NCBI RefSeq assembly: GCF_001194135.2
Contig: NC_068981.1
Span: 164,376,682-164,440,681 of the forward strand
Direction: 5' to 3'
From: Octopus bimaculoides
Lineage: Eukaryota
DNA: 64,000 nt
Each line of letters opens with the position of its first letter. The stretch's first letter is position 1. Below, piece after piece: positions 25,797 to 39,185 of this stretch. A program made the translations under genes and the position numbers. The notes beneath the pieces were generated by a model that made no database searches, was not told the origin of the DNA, and saw only the letters and a list, made by a program, of their open reading frames with translations.

Positions 25797-26624
25797 TAGT
25801 TGACCTCGACGGCTTTGAATCCATAACGTAAAAACCTAGAATTAAATATTGAAAGGCATATTTCCAACGTGTTAAGGATTCCACCAGCTTACCCACCCCG
25901 AATTAGTAATAGCAATTGGCGTCGGCAGCAGTGGTAGCGTCTCTATAAGTGAACTGTTGCTTTGAATGGAAGTGTTCTTTGGGTAATTTCTTTGTCGACC
26001 TTAGAAATGCCTTCATTGACCTTTGGTATCTGCCTACACCCACTCCTACCACTGACATCACCACCATCACCACCACAACTTCCAACATCGCTACCCCTAA
26101 TCCACCCCCTCACCGCTACCATCAGAATCATTGACTCTTACAAGAGCAAGAACTACTACCACTGATGCTGCTGCTGCTGCCTCCGCCGCCACCACCACCA
26201 CCACTACTACTACTACTTGAATATTAAGCATGCAGGTCAGCATGTCGCTTATGATGGATATTGTATCTAATGATAGTCACACATCATTATAAAGCTATTC
26301 CCTCTCATTACGAGCCCCGACCAGAAGCATGTACAGTCCAAGTCCACATCAGCATCGTATGAAGATCAATTGACGTCAACTCCCCACATTACCATTCCAT
26401 TGCTACCACCTCTTAATTGTTGCGACATTTTCGAAAATTCCAACGCACCAGTCTCGAAGTGGCTGTTCAACTGACAAGAAATAACAATCAAATATCTCTA
26501 AGAGAACACCAAGTCATCTTAAAACGGGAAGGACATTTAGGTTAATGTAGTTCTCTACGACTAGAGAAAATAGATAAAATGGTTGTAGCCGGAATTCCTT
26601 TCATCAAACCCCTGCTTTAATCGT

Positions 26625-27000
26625 GGGGTCGAACAGCAGCAGTAACAACGACGACGACGGTAATAGTGACTCTGTTCGACCGCGTTATCACAATAATGCC
26701 CGACAAGTATGAGTAAAGAGATGTTTGAATCCAACTGAAATATGTCCGTTTGCTTTAAGCGATAAGCGACAAGAATCACTCCAATCTATTTTGTCTTCAT
26801 TTTGCACAAGTTTTAAGTACCTAAGTTTGTCAGACTTAGCTCCCTTGCTTGTTTTTCTCTCTCACTTTTCTTTTTACGGAGTCCGAGCAGCCCCAAAGGA
26901 AGCTTTCTTATAACATTTGCATAAATTAGCTTAGTTAAGTGAAAGTTTTTCAGTTCATTATATTAAATGTGCGTGAAGACGAGTAAACAAGTGGTTAAGG
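26625..27000 (+). repeat. About 370-bp direct repeat, copy 1
   Basis: Colinear with 27865-28260. Confidence 0.85.
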
Positions 27001-27059
27001 GATTTTTCAGCATAGTCTCTGAGATTGTCAAGAAGGCTGAGGATATTCTAGTATCAATT

Positions 27060-27835
27060 TGTTAGCCGCTCACCAGCTATCTATTTAAAATTTTATATGA
27101 CAATGGTACGTTCACACTTAAGATTTGCATCATCAGTCTGGTATCTCTATCTTGCTCAGCATATAAATCTTCTGGAAACTGTTCAGAAACGTGCAACAAA
27201 ATGAGTACCTGCCGTCGGGCATATTATTTCTTTATTGCCCACAAGGCGCTAAACATAGAGGGGACAAACAAGGACAGCCAAAGGGATTAAGTCGATTACA
27301 TCGACCCAGTGCATAACTGGTACTTAATTTATCGACCCCGAAAGGATGAAAGGCAAAGTCGACCTCGGTATAAATTGAACTCAGAACGTACAGACAGACG
27401 AAATACCGCTAAGCATTTCGCCTGGAGTGCTAACGTTTCTGCCAGATGCCGTCAGGCATCTACCATACTCTGAACGTCTTGCTTCCCTTGGCATCGACAC
27501 ATTGAAGCTCAGACGTCTGGCAACTGACTTGGTAGACATCCACAAGATTATCTACTATCATTTCAACTACAACCGTGGGTACCTTTTTGAATTCCATATG
27601 TCAAACACTCGAGGGCATGCTCACAAAAACCAACAAAAACAACACAGTACCCTGACTTTCGGAAACAATTTTTCACCCTCTGAATTGTTGAAGCATGGAA
27701 TAAACTACCCATATCAGTCGTTAGCTGTCGAGACACTACATCCTTCAAAACTTCCATGTTTCTTGAAATCCGCCAACATAACACCTGATGAGGTTTTTTT
27801 CTTCTTAGTTTTATGCACCTGAGCACTGTATACAA
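27060..27835 (+). mobile_element. CR1-like LINE 3' fragment interrupted by SINE-A
   Basis: MVRSHLRFASSVW, LLETVQKRATK, LPYSERLASLGIDTLKLRRLATDL, NTRGH. Confidence 0.9.
27223..27446 (-). mobile_element. SINE-A with 13-bp TSD
   Basis: tgccgtcgggcat (27210-27222) and tgccgtcaggcat (27447-27459). Confidence 0.93.
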
Positions 27836-27864
27836 CAATTTCTTTCATACATAACTAATCGCGG

Positions 27865-28260
27865 AGTTGAACTGCAGCACTAGCAACAACGTTTTCACTG
27901 CAACGACGACGAGGACGACAATAGAGACTCTGTTCCATCCCATTATCACGATAATGCCCCACAAGCATGAGTGAAGAGATGTTCGAATGCGACTGAAATA
28001 TGTCCAATGGCTTTTGCCCCTTTACTTTAAAAGATAAGCGATGCGAACCATTCCAATCTGACTTGACTTTATTTTGCATAAGTTTTAAGAACCCAAATTT
28101 ATCAGAGCTAGCTCCCTTGCTTTTAACTCTCTCTTTTATTTTTACGGATTCCGAGTAGCTCTAAAGGAGGTTTTCTTATAACATTTGCACGAATAAGCTT
28201 AGTTAAGGGAAAGTTTTTCATTTCATTATGTGTGAAGACGCATGGCCGAGTGGTTAAAGG
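27865..28260 (+). repeat. About 370-bp direct repeat, copy 2
   Basis: Colinear with 26625-27000. Confidence 0.85.
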
Positions 28261-28505
28261 ATTACACTTACGATCGCTAGATCACAGATTCAATTCTCGG
28301 ACCAATTGGTGCGTTGTGTTCTTGAGCATAACACTCCATTTCATGTTACTCAAGTCCATTCAGCTGTAAATGGATAACCCTGAGACAGAATAGCCTTCTG
28401 ATCAGGGAGAATGTTTGGCCTTCTTGCTTAGCTAGATGGGTGACGTCATTCGAAAGCTAAAACAATGCGAAGTGCATTGTGACCAACGATGTATAACAAA
28501 ATCCG
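28232..28505 (+). mobile_element. SINE-C-related element
   Basis: gcatggccgagtggttaaagg (A-box-like), gttgtgttcttgagc..., gcattgtgaccaacgatgtataac tail; matches the copy at 62005. Confidence 0.8.
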
Positions 28506-28521
28506 AATAATGTGATAGATA

Positions 28522-28947
28522 CCGTAAATCCTCGAGTATAATCCGCACTTTTTTCCCAAAATTTAAAGGTCAAAATTTCTAGTGCGCACTATATACGAGG
28601 TTAAAAATGAAAAAATATTTTCTAAGCAAAATTTTCTAAGTGATAAATATGTAAAGGCAATTTACTTAATATTTATTTTTCACTAACGTTATTACTGTTA
28701 TTTCTTTATTTTCTGAAAACAAAGTGCACAAAAAAGCTACACGTTTGCATTATGTTATATATACAATAATAATAAAGGACGTTACCGTATATACGTTTAC
28801 AAATCAAGGACGTTATATAGACCTCCTTGACTCAAGTTAGAGAAGGGGTGCGTATTATACACAAGGTTTAGGCTTTTCAGAAGTACAGCCCCCTAAAAAT
28901 CCCCTGCGTATTATACTCAAGGGCGGACTATACTCGAGGATTTACGG
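28522..28947. mobile_element. pogo/Tigger-like MITE
   Basis: TIRs CCGTAAATCCTCGAGTATA(A/G)TCCGC at both ends, TA flanks, no ORF. Confidence 0.9.
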
Positions 28948-29230
28948 TATGTAAAGATCCAACTGCATGGTTTAACTTCTTTTAGAAATGAAGCAAGAGA
29001 GGAAAAAATACCACTTAAAATCAGGATGTTTTTCATCAACTTATGCTGCTTTTATATCCTTCTATACGTTGGACATACAGATTTCACGAAACGAGGATAG
29101 ACAGAATTGTCTTCACACGACGTACTTCAAATTACTCCACTAAACGCGATACTTCAATAAATGCAAACTCTCAACGACCACTACGACTTCCTCGTCTCAA
29201 CCAATATGCTACTCATTATAAGAGTTCGGA

Positions 29231-29456
29231 AGGCGTTGAGCTGGCAGAATCGTTAGCACGCCCGGCTGAAATGCTTAGCGGTATTTCGTCTGCTGCTACG
29301 TTCTGAGTTCAAATTCCGCCGAGGTCAACTTTGCCTTTCGTCCTTTCGGGGTCGATGAATTAAGTACCAGTTACGCACTGGGGTCGATGTAATCGAGTTA
29401 ATCATTTTGTCTGTCTCCTCTATGTTTAGCCCCTTGTGGGCAATAAAAGAAATAAT
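29231..29456 (+). mobile_element. SINE-A, full length, Tx1-like tail
   Basis: Complete body ending cctctatgtttagccccttgtgggcaataaaagaaat. Confidence 0.93.
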
Positions 29457-29644
29457 TATAAGAGTCGGCTAGTCCATTCTTCTAATCCCACAGGGGTATC
29501 AATGACTCTCGCCACAACATTTGCATAAAAGGTTCCCTAACTAAAGATGACACGATATATTAAGGCGCTGCTTCATATTTCATTATCACTATCGCAGAAT
29601 TAACTCATTGCTGTTGTTACACTGACCCATATAATCAATGATCA

Positions 29645-30216
29645 GCCTCGAAGAATTTAGTCGAATGAATCAACCTCAATAATTATTTTTTAAAGCCTGG
29701 CACTTATTTTATCGGACCCTTTTGCCGAACCGCTAAGTTACAGGGGCGTAAACACACCAGCACTGGTTATCAAGCGGTCGTGGGGGNNNNNNNNNNNNNN
29801 NNNNNNNNNNNNNNNNNNNNNNNNNNNNNNNNNNNNNNNNNNNNNNNNNNNNNNNNNNNNNNNNNNNNNNNNNNNNNNNNNNNNNNNNNNNNNNNNNNNN
29901 NNNNNNNNNNNNNNNNNNNNNNNNNNNNNNNNNNNNCACACACACACACACACACACACGCACGCACAAACACACACACACACACACAAACACACACGCA
30001 CAAACACACACGCACACGCATATTTATGTGTATGTGTGTGTGTGTGTGTGAGACGAGCTTCTTTCAGTTTCCGTGTACCAAATCCACTCACAAAGCTTTG
30101 GTCGACCCGAAGCTATAGCAGAAGACACTTGCCCATGGTGCGACGCAATAGGACTGAACCCTGAACCATGTGGTTGGAAAGCAAACTTTTTACCACACAG
30201 CTACACGTGCGCCTAT
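29645..30216 (-). mobile_element. SINE-B with a gap in its internal microsatellite
   Basis: Tail and head motifs lie on either side of the N run. Confidence 0.88.
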
Positions 30217-31512
30217 GTATATATTGAGAGACTGACCAACAGACAAGTAATATATATATATATATACATATGTTTATATATAATGTTATGGGACACATTC
30301 ACATAAGCAGTTTTTAGTTCTATAAAAATGCAAGTTAGACAAATACATAAATGGATTTACACAGGTAGATATAAACAGTGAAATATAGATATAAATGTAC
30401 AGATGATGCAAATATATTAATGCTGATATAGAATGTAAAATTATCGTCATGTCGATGAAACTTAAGGAAATAGAAGAAAAGGGAGAAGAAAGAAATACAA
30501 TTCAATAATCATTTATATTTTCTGCTTTATTTTCATCTTTACTTATCTTTTCGCATTTTTATGTATGTTTTTATTTCGCTTCTACGTTTGCTTGCTGGCA
30601 TTTTCTCGGCCGGTGAGAGAATACTGGAGTAGAACTATGCTTCGCTGATGGACTTTTCACGGTTCACTTCCTAGCCGTCTGGGAGCAGCTAGCGTTAAAA
30701 TGAAGGCACTCGTTCTAATCAAAGTTAAGCGAAGCTATTTCACGGTATTGCTTAGATTAGATTGATATTTTCGGTATTGCAGTATTTTAAAAATATATGA
30801 ATTCAAGCGAGTTGGGGAAAGAAAGCATTACTTGCTCTATATTGAAATGAATAAGCTAAAGAATGTATAGATAAACAAATAAATCAGTAAATAAATAAAT
30901 AAATATATAAAATATATTACAGGATCTATAGAATTCTTAGTCTGATATTGTATCATTGAAATAGTAATTTTAGCTTTGGCACGAGAAAACAAATTTGGAG
31001 GAGGGTGGATATAGACGATTAGATTGATCTCAGCATTTGCAGACTGGCACTCGTATTATTGACCTCTTCCACCCCCACTGGAAGGATTGGTTATAGAATT
31101 TGTAATGACAGAATATGAACATAGATCGTAAACGGACGTAAATGAATAACGCAAAATATACCGTCAAGCTCTCTGGCGAATTCTACCTATCTACCGGTGT
31201 TTCTTTCGCCTTTCTACTAATTCCATAATTTTTCCACCATTTTCCCACCAGTTCTGCCAAGCTACCGTTACTTTGTGCATCGTTCTACCAAGTCTATCAA
31301 TCCACCGCCATTTTTCCGTTGCTCTAGCAATTTTGCAAACCTTACTGCATGAATAACATATATGATCAAGGTTACTACATTTTAGTGGGGAAGTGCAGAA
31401 TCAGTTGGAGTAGTGTGAAATAATTGATGAGATCTACGTTGCACAAGGTCGTACACTATGGTACAGAAATGGCTCATTCACAATTTTAAATGGGCCACAG
31501 TGATATTTGCGT

Positions 31513-31591
<79 letters not shown>

Positions 31592-31715
31592 TCTCTCTCT
31601 CCCTCTCCCCCTCTCTCTCTCCTTACTTGTGTATGCATGTATGCATGTATGAATGTATGAATGTATGCATGTATGAATGTATGCATGTATTCGCCCGACG
31701 TGATAACGTTTCTTA

Positions 31716-31942
31716 TTTCTTTATTGCTCTCAAGAGGCTAAACATAGAAGGGACAAACAAGGACAGACAAAGGGATTAAGTCGATTACATCGACGCCAGT
31801 GCGTAACTGGTACTTAGTTTATCGACCCCGAAAGGATGAAAGGCAAAGTCAACATCGGCGGAATTTGAACTCAGAACATAAAGACAGACGAAATACTGTT
31901 AAGCATTTCGCCCGGCGTGGTAACGTTTCTGCCACCTCGCCG
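31716..31942 (-). mobile_element. SINE-A, full length, Tx1-like tail
   Basis: ttctttattgctctcaagaggctaaacatagaagggacaaacaagg...ctgccacctcgccgc. Confidence 0.93.
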
Positions 31943-32875
31943 CGCTCGTAACGAAAGTAATATTGGCAAGACAGAGACAAGGGGGGGGGGAACAATCGGA
32001 CGAAGGTTAACAATAGGAATATCTAAATCATCGTAAACAAAGAAATATAAAAATAAAATAAAATAAAACAAAATAACGATCTCTAAACTAACATTTGTGT
32101 TTATGGAACAATTCAAAACATAAATTGGACCACTTAAAGTAGAAAATAGAAAGAATGTCTTTTATTTGTTCTTAGAAAACCTCCCACCTCTGTCTTACTC
32201 TTCAATTAGCCATAACCCCTCTTTAGTCCTCGTCTTCTCTCAATTTATTTATTCACAATATGATTATCTGCAATTAAAATATCCACTCCCATATGCTATC
32301 ATCCCTTGTTGCTTCTCCTCCTTTTTCTTCCCCCCTTCACCTCTCTCCCTCTCTCTCTCATTTGTGTGTGTATGTGCATGTACGTATCTGTATCTGTGTT
32401 TATGTACACACACACACAAAACACACACATACACACACATACACACATATATACACACATATATGCAAGTACGTACATATGCATATACGCATAAGCAAAC
32501 AGATTACGTAGGTGGGTATCTATTTTCGCATATTCGATTTGTACATGGGAGTGTGTGTGTGTGCGCGCGCGCGCGCGAGTGTGTGTGTTTGTGCATGCTC
32601 ATATGTGAGTGTATATGCATGTATGTTTATTTTTGAATTTACTTCGCAAGATTCTTGAAGTCAGATGACCCTCGCAAAGTACAATTATCATATATGCATG
32701 TATATGTATATGTATGTATGTATGTGTATCTATGTGTACATATATGCGGAAAGAAATATTAGTACTTTACACAGACAGACATACACACACACATGCATGC
32801 ATATATCTGTATGTACGTGAGTGTGAGTGGTTATGTGTTCATGTACGTCAGAACGCATGTTTGTGTATTTGTGTG

Positions 32876-32941
<66 letters not shown>

Positions 32942-33889
32942 AGAAAAATAATAAAAATATTCATCAGAACGGCAAGAATTGGAAAAGAATAAAGCAAAGA
33001 AGAAAAAATTATATATGAATGAAAGTAAAATCAAAAACTACACAAAAAGAGAAAAGAATTAAAGGGAAAAAAAATAATAAAAAAAAAAGAAAGGAAGAAA
33101 AGGAAGTTAAGAAAGAAGTAAGAAATATTATTAAAGACAAAAATGAATGAATAACAACAACAAGAACAAAAAAAACAACAACAAAAGAAGAGAAACAATA
33201 GATGCAAATAGGGTAAATTTCTCGTCATTCCGATGCAGGCACAATACAAAGTATGTGAGATTGTTTGACAGCCGTCAGAAGCTATTTACATTTGTACAAT
33301 TAAGAAAAGATTTTTGAAAAAATAGGAAGAAAGTCTAAAGACTGACATCAAAGTCAGGTGGGGGCAAAAGCAAAAAAAAAAAAAAAAAAATGGAGAAAAA
33401 TAAGGGAGAAAGAAAGAAACAGAGAGAAGGGGAGAGGGAAAGAGGGAGGGAGGGAGTGGAAGGAGTATATAGAAGCATATATAGATATAAAATGAAATTC
33501 ATAAATGAAAACAATGCAAGAGAAAACAAAAACAAAAACAAAAAAAAAACAATTCTTCGCAGACGTAAATAACGATAGAACAGGTAAGGTTAAGATTTGA
33601 TTTTGGCTTTTTATTAATGTGCTTTTATAGAACACACATGCGCACGCACACAAACTGATATGTATGAACGTGCACGTGGTGGTCTCTCTCTCTCTCTCTA
33701 ATATATGTGTGCGTGTGTGTGTGGATCTATATATGTATGTATATTTGTGTGTGTGAGTGTATTTTGCTGTTATCATTTAAACAGAGGAACGAATTATATC
33801 TCAATTCTGATTTACTTGCCAAAACATTTTGCTCCCATTAATGAGCATTTCGACGTTAGGGTTTTCTTTCCTTTTGTTTCGTATCTTAA

Positions 33890-34500
33890 TATTGACATAT
33901 AAGAGTGTACTACATCTCGAATACTGCTGCCCTTTGTGGTCTCCCCATACAAAACAAAACATCTCCAGGATTGAATCATCCCAGAGGGCACTTACTAAAC
34001 GAATTGAAGGTTTGACTGATCTCGATTACTGGGACCGCCTTAAAGCCTTGAAGCTCTACTCTCTCCAGCGCCGCTGCGAGCGGTACATCATCTGTACGAT
34101 ATGGAGAATATACCGCCAGCATTACCCAAACGACCTGAACATAAGTTTCAAGGTTCATCTAAGGCTCGGCCATACGTCCCCTGTCCAATTCAGGGTCACA
34201 ACATATAGGTACACTGCGGCATAATTTCTTTTCCTCAATAAGCCCTGTCCTGTTTAACATTGTCCCAAAACAGATAAAAGAGGAAAAGAATCCTATCAGC
34301 TTTAATCTAGACAGATTTCTTCAAGGAATACCAGATAAGCCACCCATACTTGGATACAACTCACTCAACAAGAATTCACTATTTGAGTGGACCATAAACA
34401 AAACTTGGCTTAAAAAGAATTTAGATAATCCTATCAGGTGGTGCTATTAAGTTAGACATGGCCTGGATCAATCTTTGGTCGAAACATATCTAAGTTACGG
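33890..34500 (+). mobile_element. CR1-like LINE 3' fragment
   Basis: HLEYCCPLWSPH, IESSQRALTKRIEGLTDLDYWDRLKALKLYSLQRR.ERY, IPDKP, followed by a 3' UTR. Confidence 0.92.
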
Positions 34501-34539
34501 AAAGTAATAAATAAGTGGGTATAACTTATTTATAATCTA

Positions 34540-36260
34540 ATATAGGTCGTTCAAACCGCACATAATGTTAGACTAAGCGACTATTCTTCGATAAAAAGGT
34601 TCTACTTAGCAAGGTCTCCGTGACAAACAATGCATTTGCGCCATCGTTGAACTCGAATTTCGAAGCCTCTTTGAAAAATTCTGGTGTGCATTTTCGTACA
34701 CACTTCTTAACATCTTACTCCGTTTGTACCATCAAACGGATTTTTAATGAAGACAGATCTTCATTCGACCGAACAGGTGGAAGTCGGAAGGCGCCAAATC
34801 CAGACTATACGGAGGTTGATGAACCATTGGCCAGTCCATTTTGTCGATTGCCTTATTTGTTGCCAAACGTACGTGTGGCCGTGCACTATCATGGTGAATG
34901 TAGATCATTTTCAAATTCTAGTTCGGTCATTTCCCTTAATGATTTCTTTGAGCAATTTGAGTGTTCACGATTGGTGTTCATGGTGCAGCGACGTTTTGGA
35001 AAATGAAGGAAAACGATGCCCTTGTCACTGAAAAAAAAAAAAAAACTTCATCATAACTGTCTGTGCTGCTCACTGGCTATTGAACTCTTATGGCTTTGAG
35101 AAGAGATATGACACCTTCCATGGACTGTTTCTTCGATTCCGGATCATAAAGATACATCCACATTTCACCCACTTCACCATATCGGATATACGAGGTTTGA
35201 TCAATAAGTATCCGGACTGCTGCTATAGTACCAAAGCTAAAGTACGCAGAGTGGAGCCGCTGGGAAAAAATTGAACTCTGCTGTGCATGTGCACTAAGTC
35301 TTAACGTTCTAGCTTACTTCCGCTGTTTACAGCAGTGCTAGGAAGGAATTTGTGTAGCATGTGATCGTCACATTGACCATGACAAAGAAAGTTGTTATAG
35401 TGATACCTGCTCAGATGCCTAAGCAAAGTTGCAGAAACTGTATGGAGAGGAATGTATGAGCCGCACACCAGTGTACGAGTGGTTCAGACGTTTCCAAGAT
35501 GGCCGAAAATGTCGATATTGACGGACGTTCTGGGAGATTCGCAACCAGCAGAACTGAGAAAAACATCGCAGATGTGTGTGCAACTGTGAGGGAAAATTGT
35601 CGAATAACCATCCGTGAGTTATCAAAGAATGTGCAAATTAGTTACGGTTCAGTTCAGTCCATTATCATTGAAGATTTGTGTATGAGATGCGTCTCTGCCA
35701 AATTTGTTCCTAAACTGCTTTCAGCTGACTGAAAATACACTCGGGTTTCAGTTGTACAAGATCTTGATTGTGTCGGGAATGATGAAAACTTTTTGAAAAC
35801 TTTGTGTAGGCCTCTGAACAGGTATCACCAAGCTTTTGGCAAAATTTGATGCAGATTCTCTGCTTGACTTTCTCTGTTATGGTCATTGCGACGATCACAC
35901 GCTACACACCTTCCTTCCAAGTACCGCTATAATCAACGGATTTGAGCTAGAACGTAAAAATTTAGTGCGCATACAACAGCAGAGTTTAAGGTCAGTCTGT
36001 GCCAATCAGCTCTACTCTGCGTACTTTAGCTTTGTTACTACGGTAACAGTCCGGATGCTTATTGATCAGACCATGTAGACGTGTTTTCATTGATTTCAAA
36101 CGCTTCTGGCTGACCAGAGCAGACTCATACCCTTTTCTCCTTCAAACAGGGCTTCAACTGCCGCGGCCCCCGCTTTTCAATCATTTGCCAATAACCAAAG
36201 TATTTATGACTTCCGCTGGATACACATCTTAAATTCCGTACGCGCATTATAGAAACGGAA
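34540..36260 (-). mobile_element. Degraded mariner (host of a nested element)
   Basis: WMYLYDPESKKQSME, IHHDSARPHV, QRWRKCIVCHGD on minus; interrupted at a TA by 35191-36075. Confidence 0.8.
35191..36075. mobile_element. mariner derivative made of two inverted 5' ends
   Basis: TIRs CGAGGTTTGATCAATAAGTATCCGGACTG (left) and CATGGTCTGATCAATAAGCATCCGGACTG (right, reverse complement), TA flanks. The transposase N-terminus is on plus (GRSGRFATSRT, VSAKFVPKLL) and again on minus (EKVKQRICIKFCQKLG). Confidence 0.92.
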
Positions 36261-36420
36261 GGAATTTGAAGGGGAGAGTTAGTTGGTAACATAAACACCG
36301 GTTTATGTTACCTACTGTTATTAGTACCTGCTGTTATTAGTACCTGCTGTTATTAGCTACGGAAGTATGAAGGGAAAAGTGGACCTCGGTATGGTTTAAA
36401 TCCAGTTTGTAAAAGGGTGG
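36255..36420 (-). mobile_element. SINE-A remnant with short internal tandem repeat
   Basis: tacctgctgttattag repeated; aaaagtggacctcggtatggtttaaa. Confidence 0.6.
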
Positions 36421-36479
36421 AACAAATGCTAGAAAGCCCGTTTTTTCGACGTTATAATAATTCTGCCTGCTGACCCTGT

Positions 36480-36538
<59 letters not shown>

Positions 36539-36805
36539 GTTAAATGTGTTTATGTGTTGTGTGAGTATTTGATGGCTAATTCTATCAATGACTTTTACAA
36601 GGACAAATGTAAACAATATTTGCGATTCCTTCGAAATGTCAACGTCATATTCGTATTCGTTAAATGGTTGCAAAGAAATTGACTGAATCTCATCAACGTG
36701 CAACACTACAGTACGAAAAGCAGTACATTTGAATGGATATAGTTTGCGTTGTATCATCCGAATGAGTTAACACTTCTTATAACAATCATACATTTCGTGT
36801 GTTAC

Positions 36806-36890
36806 CAGATCGAAGACATAAGTGCCGGCTAAAGTACCGAGGTCAATATCGTCAACAAAATCTTCTGAAAGACTGTACCCCAGCAAGAAT
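36806..36890 (-). other. Candidate 85-nt coding exon (FLLGYSLSEDFVDDIDLGTLAGTYVFDL)
   Basis: Acceptor cattgcaccag|A, donor CTG|GTAACA, single open frame. Confidence 0.22.
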
Positions 36891-37426
36891 CTGGTGCAAT
36901 GACCGAAGTTAATAACAAAATAGAAAACAATATAAGTAACATTGACTATAACATTTCTATAACTATAATCATAGAAAATAACTGTACCTATTCTTGAAAT
37001 ATAATAGTGCATCTACTCCGAAGAAATAAATTCTGATTTGATATAGTGGATTAAATATTGAAAGGTTAATTATTACTAAATGGGAGGTCTTATAATCGCC
37101 TTAATGGATTTAACAACTTCAGATGAGATTAAGAGTAAAGACGCAGAGAGTACTACTTACATACATATATGCATACTTACATTTATGCATATGCGTATGT
37201 AGTGTTATGGATGTGAATTGTTTATATAGTGAGAATTAAAAACTTATAAATATAATCGTAATTAAGAGAATGTTCTAAGAATTAATATGCAAACGATTCT
37301 GGCTAGAAATGGATGTTTGCAACTTAACTAAAAGGAAGCCAGTTGAAAACTAGGGTATTAGGATATTAGAACTGTATGCACTCTAAAGAGTTTTATTTTT
37401 CTTACGATAGGAAATCATATATCTGA

Positions 37427-37494
<68 letters not shown>

Positions 37495-37699
37495 GCTCAC
37501 GCACGCACATATGCACATGTGTGTGTGTGTGGTACTCCCATTAACTACTTATCAGGCCGAAGATACCTTTTGTTAAATGGAAGCTATAATGTCGTCAAGG
37601 AATCCCAAGTTAACTCGCAGGTGATGCGACTTAGGCATTTATACATACGCACAAGTGTGTGTGTGTATGCATATATCTATATACCTGTTTATGTTTCTT

Positions 37700-37870
37700 T
37701 TTGTGTGTTTGTTCCCCCCCCCCATACCCATTGCTTGACAACGGGTGTTGGTTTATTTATGTCTCTGTAAATAGGTTCGGTAAAAGAGACAGATAGGACA
37801 ATCTGGGGTCGATTTGTTCAACTAAACCCTTCAAAGCACTTTCCCACAGTCCAATGACTGAAACAAATTA
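37700..37870 (+). mobile_element. SINE-B 3' half
   Basis: gcttgacaacgggtgttgg...ctggggtcgatttgttc...gactgaaac. Confidence 0.8.
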
Positions 37871-37875
37871 AAAAG

Positions 37876-37906
<31 letters not shown>

Positions 37907-37942
37907 AAATAATACAGAATGGGACAAGGACGCAATATATAC

Positions 37943-37978
<36 letters not shown>

Positions 37979-38969
37979 GTTGTCGGAAGGAAGCTTAGAT
38001 TAGCAATGTGTGTTCTGAGACTGGTGGGGATCTCGAGTAAGTGCTCAATGACTCCATGCTTTAAGGTAAGCATGGACCGTGTGTTTTTCGAGAAGCAGGC
38101 CGCATCAGACATGGCTCGTCATCAGGCAGGTCGCACTGTTACAAGCGTGGCATTCAGAAAGCTTTAATCCAGGTGACGGATTTACATTCTCAGAGAAACA
38201 CAAATGAATGTAAAATTTACACTGATATTTTCTTCTGCACAAAAATATACACGAAACAAATAGATGCAAACATTAATAGTCTTTAAATAATATTATCTTT
38301 CTTTCATAGAATAATTGGATCCTCCTAGAGCTTTTTAATGGTATAAGCATTGAAATAACATTCAACAGCTTAGCTATTAATATTCATGTAGATGGCGCCT
38401 TAAAATTACTTAATTTATTAAGAATCTTTAAAAATGACTCAATCAAATTAGACGAATTGCCGCCAATCTCAGCGTTAAAAATAAAAATAAAAGTCCACAA
38501 TGTAAATTCGAGTCAAAATCGAAACTATTAGGGAGTAAATGTGTGCGTGTGTGTTTATATATATACATACATTAATGCATGTATATACGCACACATATAA
38601 ATTCATGGATGTATATGTGCATATGTGTGTGTGCGTGCGCGTGCGTGCATGTATTTGTGTGTATATGTAGATGTTTGATTGTGCATTCATAAAATATGCC
38701 CAATATTTTGTCTCTCCGTTCTGTCCAACATTAACAAGTTGATACAAAATAAAAAAAACGCTCCTATTAATTTCATTTCTTTTCCCTTTCTCTCTCGCTC
38801 TATATCTATTTCTCCTTCTTCCTCTCACTCTCTCAAACTCACACTCTTCCTTCTCCCTCCCACCTCTCTCTCTCTGTCCCCCTCTCTCTCTCTTTCCGTC
38901 TGTGTCCCTTGTTTCATGTGTAAGCACTTTAAAGACGTGCACTCAAGAGTACATATTTTATGGTAGTCA

Positions 38970-39185
38970 GCCCAGCAGCGAGTTGGCAGAATCATTAGCC
39001 AGCCGGACAAAATGCTCGGTAGCACATTTTCGGGTATAACATGCTAAGTTCAAATGCAGCTGTGGTTTACTTCACTTTGTCTTTCATTTCGGGTTCGATA
39101 AAATAAGTACTGTCTGATTATTGACGTCAATGTAGTCGACTAGCCCTTTCCCTACAATTTAAGACCTTGTGCTTATAGTAGAAAG
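38970..39185 (+). mobile_element. SINE-A, degenerate
   Basis: gcgagttggcagaatcattagc...ccttgtgcttatagtagaaag. Confidence 0.8.

Noticed and set aside
37990-38170. GC-richer patch with two GTAAG donors and a 9-bp hairpin
   Set aside because: No acceptor, no recognisable peptide, and the hairpin is short enough to arise by chance.
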